Assembly: GCF_009914755.1 (NCBI RefSeq)
Contig: NC_060942.1
From: the human T2T-CHM13v2.0 reference genome, Homo sapiens
Direction: 5' to 3' (one strand)
DNA: 64,000 nt
Positions 56,850-64,000 of the stretch are shown here, piece by piece; positions within the stretch are counted from its first letter, which is position 1; the number at the start of each line of letters is the position of its first letter. Position numbers and translations under genes: made by a program. The notes under the pieces are model-generated. The model did not search any database. It saw only the letters and a list, made by a program, of their open reading frames with translations, and was not told the origin of the DNA.

Positions 56850-59800
56850 TAAGTTTGTGGTAACTTACAGCATTGGAAGAAAATTAATGAAGTCTCTGGG
56901 TTTTTGTTGTTATACAGGCATAATCATATGCCTATATAATGATATACCCTCAAAGTTAGGTTAGCAGTACCTATTGACAATATTTCTCTTTTTGTAGGGT
57001 CCACTTGTTTTCGAAAATCATTAATTTTTGGACTCACAAGATAGATTGCAGACAAAGCTGTTAGAAAAATGTGGGGTACTTATTAGTCATTCCAAAAAGA
57101 AGAAAAAAAGTGAAATATTAATATTTTATGGAAAGAACAAACCACAGGCTATCTTAGTAATTAAAAAAAACTCTGAAAGACAATTATCTTTTTATTTTAA
57201 GTTAATTTCAAAGTTTTATTCAGCACTGAGTTAATTGTTTTCAAGATTATCTAGTGGTCAAAATAAGTTATGGTTGGTGCCTGGATTAAGAAAGCTTTTT
57301 TAGAATAGTAGTATTAGACAAATATGTCCACCATAGCACAGATTGTTTACAAAGAAAGCTAATTTGTTTAGAGAATGGAATGTCCAAAGATGACAGTGTG
57401 ACCATCCCAAGAAACAGCTCCCATTATGAATTTTTAAAACTGTAACCGTATTTTATGTAGTTGGACTTTGTATGTGTGTGTGTAAATATGCAATGAAAGC
57501 TTATGACCAGTGAATGTTGTTGTAAGAAGTAGCTTAAGTGACCAGCATTCCTTCTAGGTTGAATACCAGGATGTTGTGGCAACCAGAAAAATAGAGATGT
57601 GAGAGATTTGATCGACCTGGTGCCCCAACGGTCATCCCCAAGTGAGACAGCCAGACATAACCAGCATACATCACAGAACACCTGACCAGCTCCCACCAGC
57701 GGGGCTTCTGTGGGCAAAGAAAGATTTAATTGATCTTTCTTAAGTTTCTGTTAAAGTATCCACTAATGGAGAAGAATTGGAAAGCATTAAGATGCCTACA
57801 TCTTTCCAGACACTAGAAAGTAGAATGCTGTATTTAAGCAGAGACATGTTTTAACACATGCTGTGGGGGACTGGAGTAATGGAAGTGCTGAGAATTTCTC
57901 TAGCAGACTAGGACCTAGGGTAAGAGGGGAGGTTTAAGTGTGTGTGTGTGTTTATTATATTGAACCACTGTTAATAAGTAGTGGATCTCCTGCTGAAAAC
58001 TAAAGGGGATGCTTTTAGTTCAGCTTCACATATTAGCAAGTCAATTTGTATGTTTTTCAGAATGTTTCTTTTTTTAACAGAATTATTTTCTCATACTACT
58101 TTCCCAACGTTTTCTTCTTCAAAAAGTACACATACAAATTGCATAATGGAAAGCTGTATATTTAGTGTAAAAGAATCATAGCATTTACTTGAGGTCCAGT
58201 AATTTTGAACACCTTCCCCAATGCCACATGAAAATTTTGGAATATTTAAACATTCTGTGGTTGCCATGGTAGTACAATCTCAGCCTTATTCATTCCCTTC
58301 AGAAAATGAAAACTCATAGATATCTTTAAACTAATTGGATACCTTATAAAGATTATAGCAAATGGGTGTGGTATTTTTATGTGGCAACATAAGAATTTTA
58401 GCCATCAAACTAGCACTATTCTACAGTAATGTTGAAGGTGGATGAAGTATATTGAATGAGTTTATGTGAGTTAAAGTATTGAATACATTTACATAAATTT
58501 GCATGTATGTAACACTTTCCCTAAGAAACTCCACAATGCTATATCTGCTCTATCTTCTGTTTTTAACATTGTGAGTAAATTGGACTCAAAATTTACTGAT
58601 TTGTACAACTGATATACAAATACTTAACTATATTTCTTGTAACTCATTTCATCTTGTTCACCCCTATTCTGGCTGAAAATGTCTGGCTTTGTCCACCAAG
58701 GATGGACAAAGTCCATCTCAGTCTCTCTTGAATTAAAATGTGTCAGCTTGAGTTAATTACTCAGTATTTTAGTTGTTCTCGCCCTTTCTCCCACATTGCA
58801 CTGGGATGCAAAGGGAAATCTACAGAATATGATGACGTGGATTGATAGGTAGAGGGAGTCTGGGGGAGGGAGCTGCTTAAGTGACTACAGCTGTCATAAT
58901 TCATAATTGGTTTTCTCATATTGGTCAAGGACCAAGTCTCCTGTGTGAATTCAGCCTGCATCTTGCCCAGGTTGGTGCAGCTGGTTTTGGCCTTTTACAA
59001 TGAAGTCCTTTTGTCCCTACACTTGGTGACCAGTGAACACCATTCACAATAGCACACATTCTTTCTGGGACATCTGGTAACATCATAGGGAACCATCTCG
59101 GATGTACGTTCTTAGATGCTGTGCTGACCATGGGGCCCCTAGGAGACATGGGTTTTCCAGGTCTTTCAAGGGACAAGGGATCTTCCAGGTTGTGTCCAGG
59201 GAAGTAAGAAAGAAGCTTCCTATCTAGGATCTCCACCCAACCTCAAATGTTTCTGGAAGTCTTTATTGCAGTCTCTCTTCTGAGATTCAGTTCAGAGGGG
59301 AGAGAGGAGTGTAAAGTCTAACCTCATGTCTCTCTCTCTCTCTCTTTCAAGCCTCAGCATCTGAACCTATAGTGACCAGAAGAAATTTCTTCCTCTGGGG
59401 TGCAAACTTCCCTTATCTCAGATATCTTTATGTCTTTTCACTAGGACTAACTGTAAAACTATGTTCAGATGTGTAAGCTTTGCTCCTAATAAGAAAAATG
59501 CATTTTTTTTTTTGCTTGTTATATAATCATCCTACATACCCTTAAGCAAGCCAGGCTTGCAACTCACTGTCTTATAAGGGAATTTAATGATGTCTAATGA
59601 GGCCTCCAAAGTGGAACAAGGTTCCCTTTCTCTAGGCTGTCTCCAAAGAAGTGGGGAAGGAAAGCAAGATGGGGGGTTATCTCCAGATTTAGGCTCTTTC
59701 TAAAAAGTTGGAAGGAAAAATATCTTTATCTTTCTTGGCTATTCTTTTTCTTAGAGCCACACTTGAGGTTTTCTACATACAGTGGCCATAAGGTGGCTGT

Positions 59801-61529
59801 TGGTTGATGTGTTTTACTTTCTTTTTTTTCAAAGTTATAAGTAGGGAGAGAGTTTTTTTACAAGTACCTTGTGAAGGGCAGTCTGGTTCCTCTGGTGTGG
59901 TCAATCTTAGGCTTTCAGGATGCCTCAGCTGGTTTCAGTGGTCCTGGAATCTGTGTTGGATGCAAGGCAGGCTGGATTTGTACTTGTGCCACTCTGTGAG
60001 TCACTGGCCAATCTGAGAAGTAGCACTAGGGAGAAATTAACTCACAAGAAAGGGACCTTGACAGACTAAATTGGAGACAAGTTCACAGGAAAGGGGTGTG
60101 GAAATCAGAGTCCATCATTTCCTGGACCAGCTCACAGGTGGGCTTCAGATGGCTGTTGAACTGAAGTGGCAGGAATGTTCTGAGAAGTTAAAGGAACATA
60201 GTGCAGATAGCTACATCAGCTAACAAAATATATCAACCATACTCCCCTTCATGGCCACTGGTGGAAGGAATCCATGAGTTGAGTGCCTTGTAAAATGTTT
60301 CCATAATCTCTTGGGGAGTGGCAGGAATGAATTTCTCACCATGGTATGGAAAGAGCCATCCACTAAAGACACCATTTGTGAAAAAGCGAGCACCCAATTC
60401 ACGCCTTAGAGCAGGGAGCCTTTATCTGAAGTCATTGAACTTCTGGGGAAACCATCGATGGCAGCCAGGGTGATTTATCACGCAACCATGTGTGCGTGTG
60501 CCTCTGTGCATTTTCTCAGGAGAGATTCTGGGGCTTTCAGCCGATTCTCAAAAGAGTCCCTCACTGCAAAATATCAAGGGCCATTAGATGAATGGAAATG
60601 TTGTACTAACAAGTAACATAAAGCTTGATGCATAACCCTTTTCTCTTTCCCAGAAATTCCAGTCAAACAGAGCAATGTCAGTGATCACAAAGTTCATTTC
60701 TATTTTCAGGAATTCCTTTTGTGGTAAAACTCATATAAAAATGTCCACTTAAAAGAGAATAACAATAACCAACAACAACAAAAGAGAACAAAGTCTTGTC
60801 TTGGGTGTTTTGTGAACACTCTCATAAGGACATTTACTACCAATAAGCAAAGAATGGAGAATATCTTTAAATCACGGACATTCCTTATAGGGTGTCCAGC
60901 TTTGGAAATTCATTTGTGAGCCAAGAAGTGTGTGCGTGAGGATGAGCGTGGCTTATGATAAATAACTTACTGTAAAGGGCAAGTTTCAGTTAGGAATTAA
61001 CGATTCGTCCTCAGGAGGCCTTTATTTACTATTAAAAACCTGAGTGCCTTTTGCTGTTAGCAGGCTGATACAGGGAAATTGATTCTCTTCACAGAATTTC
61101 CCGACGGTCCCAATAAGCCATTAAGCGCTCCTGGCTTACCTTCCTTGGTTTAGTAGCTGCTCTGCCGTGGTCAGCATCGTTCTCTCTGCAGCAATTAGTG
61201 GCAATAAGTGGGAGCTCGCACAATTGATGGTGTAAAATGCCTGGACAGTGTGCAAGCAGCAGTTCTGAAATGCTTCACCGAGCAGAGCTCTTGTACTCAA
61301 TGCCTCCCTCCCATCAGTTTTCCAGGTAGCAGAGCCTAATGAAGGCACACAGCAGGTGGTGCAGGGACCGGAGGATCTCCGGTGCGGAGCTTTCTGTCCT
61401 GGTCAGAAGGACCAGACTTTGCTTAACAGGCCTGCTACGGATCCCTTCATCTACCACCCCAACTGATGCAACTCAATTAATCCTGAAGAGGTTTTGAAAA
61501 AAAAGAGGCTTTTCCATCTCTCTCTTACA

Positions 61530-62930
61530 GCATTTTTGATTTCTAGCATTCCTTCTTGATTTTTTTTTTTTTTTTTGGAATTTCCATCTCTCTGTTTAAT
61601 TGTCCCCATCTGTTCCTGCAAGTTGTCTACTTTTCCATTAGAATCTCTAGCATATTAATCCTAATTGTTTTAAATTCACAATCTCATAATTCCAACATCC
61701 CTGCCTTATGGGATTCTAGTCCTGATGCTTGCACTGTCTCTTTAGGATGGTTTATTATTATTATTATTATACTTTAAGTTCTGGGATACATGTGCAGAAT
61801 GTGCAGGTTTGTTACATAGGTATACACATGCTATGGTGGTTTGCTGCCCCCATCAACCAGTCATCGACATTAGGTATTTCTCCTGATGTTATCCCTCCCC
61901 TAGCCCCCAACCCCCCGACACGCCCTGGTGTGTGATGTTCCCCTCCTTGTGTCCATGTGTTCTCATTGTTCATCTCCCACTTATGAGTGAGAACATGTGG
62001 TGTTTAGTTTTCTGTTCCTATGTTAGTTTGCTGAGAATGATGGTTTCCAGCTTCAGGGTTTGTTTGTTTGTTTGTTTGTTTGCTTTTTAGTACACCTTGT
62101 GACTTTTTGTTGTTGTGTTGAAAGCCAACATGATGGATGGGGTAAAAGAACCAAATAAGCCTTTCACAATGTGGTGGGAAGGTGCCTGTGGGTGTGTGTT
62201 GGGGGTGGGACATTCTATAGTCTTATAATTACATCTCCACTTGTGCCCTGGGCTGTGAACTTCACAAGTGCTTCTCAGTCCCCCTCCTCCACTCCTACCA
62301 CTTTAAATGGGACAGGGTGGCTTGAGTGGGCTGGAATTGCTTTTTCCCCTTTTCCAACAGCGGGAGGTAGAATTGGGTACTTCCCATTTCCCAGGTCAGT
62401 TAGGGTCTGGTTAAAACTTCAATAGTTTAAGGTCTGGTGAAATAGTTTCTCTTGCGGGCAGGCCTTGTTAAGAAGAACAGAATGCTCTGGAATATTTTAA
62501 AATGATTATCTTTCCCCTCTCCCTGCCAGAAGCATGAGTAGGATTTTCTTGGATTTTCATTGTAAGGACCTAGAGGAGCTCCCAGAGGTAAAATTTATAA
62601 AACTGTGAACCGCCCCCGCCACACCCCCACCCCACCGCTTCTATATTTGGGCTCCCCTGGAGTTTTTGACTCTCAGACTTGTCCACACCAAGCCTCCAGC
62701 AATTTGTCAGTTACAATTTGGGTTTGGTGTCTATGGTGGTTTCATGCATGGGTTTCTGCTCTGGTAAGCTATGATTCTGTATATCTGCTTGTCAGTCTCA
62801 AATTTTGGGGACTGTGGCTTGCCTTGTGACCTCACTTTTCTGACAGATCTAAGAAGGTTGTTAATTGTTTGGTTTGTTCAGCATTTTACTTGTTGGGGTA
62901 GAGTGATGACTTCTAAGCCTCTTACAAGTC
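61530..62930 (-). mobile_element. Old L1M 5'-region remnant hosting the L1PA fragment
   Basis: tttccatctctctg...cccatctgttc...ttgtctacttttccattaga...attccaacatccctgcc; typical L1MC/MD-type sequence. Boundaries approximate. Confidence 0.6.
61752..62054 (-). mobile_element. L1PA7/8-like 3'-end fragment with (TAT)n tail
   Basis: tatactttaagttctgggatacatgtgcagaatgtgcagg...gagaatgatggtttccagcttca. Confidence 0.9.
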
Positions 62931-63039
62931 CACAGGAAACAAGAAGACTGACTTATTTGGGTACAAAAATTTAATTCATTCATTATATTTTACAAAAACA
63001 TTTTCGAAACCTTTCTCTGCTATAAAAGGAGCCTCTCTA

Positions 63040-63570
63040 AGCATTTCCAGTATCCTCATGATTTAATTACTCAGTATATGCAGATGATTCTCTATATTAT
63101 GTCTCTGACCCTGACTCTCTACTATGCTATATATATTCACATGTTCATCTCGCTACCAGGTTGATATATTTGAATAAGCAAACCTCAGACTCACATGTCC
63201 ACAACTGCTGTCAATATTTCCTTGTCCTTATTCTGGGATCTTTACTTGCCTCCTGCTCTTCTCATAGCCTCTGTGCTCCCAATCAGTGGTGCTGACATTT
63301 ACCCAGTTCTCCATGTTAAGAAAATAACAACTTATCTTTCCAGACTGCTAATCTCTCACTGTCCCACATCCAGGCAATGAACAGGACTTGCTGCTTTTAC
63401 TTCCTGAGGGTTTCTTGGATGCATTTCCCATCTCCACACTATTACCATGGTTTTAGCTTGGGCCACGTGGACTCATTCCTGGATATTGTAAAAATCTCTT
63501 AGGTCTCCATACCTTCAAAGTCACTCTTACATAATCTCCTCCACACACTACACAGAGTGTCCTCTCCACA
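63040..63570 (+). mobile_element. L2 remnant
   Basis: atgcagatgattctc...acctcagactcacatgtccacaactg...acccagttctccatg. Confidence 0.65.
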
Positions 63571-64000
63571 GCTGCACACTGCAGAAGTCACCAAATTTGG
63601 TTACTTATTCTTTTCCGTAGTATAATCTCCATTCCACTGTACTGTGTTCCTTTTTAAGATGTTATTGTGTCTCATTAATTAGGACAGCATAGTCTGATTT
63701 CCTCCTCATAAAACTAGTAGCAGTTTCTCATTCTTTCTTGGTCCCTAGTCCACACCCCTCTCCTTCAAGTGATTGGTCCTCATTGCAGCCCACCTGTAAA
63801 TCTGTGTAAGCTGATGGCCTGAATGCCTTCTCAGACTGCACATGCAGGCTTTTGTGCAGCTGCCATTTACACGCTCATGGATCTGAATTATCTTTAGTAC
63901 GAATGTCTTTGCTGAAATGCAGCTGTGCCTATGACTGGAATTCCAAATACAACATGGCCCAAATTGAGCTCCCCGCTTTGTCCCCAATCCCACTTTTCTT

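Overview
Primate (very likely human) genomic DNA: AT-rich, CpG-depleted, and dominated by Alu, L1, L2, MIR, MaLR/ERV LTRs and hAT MITEs. There is no prokaryotic gene, rRNA/tRNA or CRISPR array. The one well-supported gene structure is a pair of minus-strand exons (9675-9738 and 8932-9135) with canonical splice sites that join in frame into MINLHRLCIIHVVATLLSTLLSLISVAISATCKDEKGKQEMETGQQ...MLSMKNK. From memory (unverified) this is the putative C18orf20 / LINC00305 product (18q22.1), so most of the window would be lncRNA intron. The ORF looks like a secreted microprotein, and its start codon is overlapped by the stop of a 10-codon uORF (AUGA). Other points of note are a three-level nested insertion (MLT1 > Alu > intact 897-bp ERVK solo LTR, MER11D-like), a tailless AluY, several short local duplications, an RY-alternating minisatellite, a CTCF-like site and several repeat-free, CpG-retaining candidate regulatory segments. 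I found no convincing novel multi-gene system. Repeat subfamily names are from recalled consensus sequences and need RepeatMasker/Dfam confirmation.
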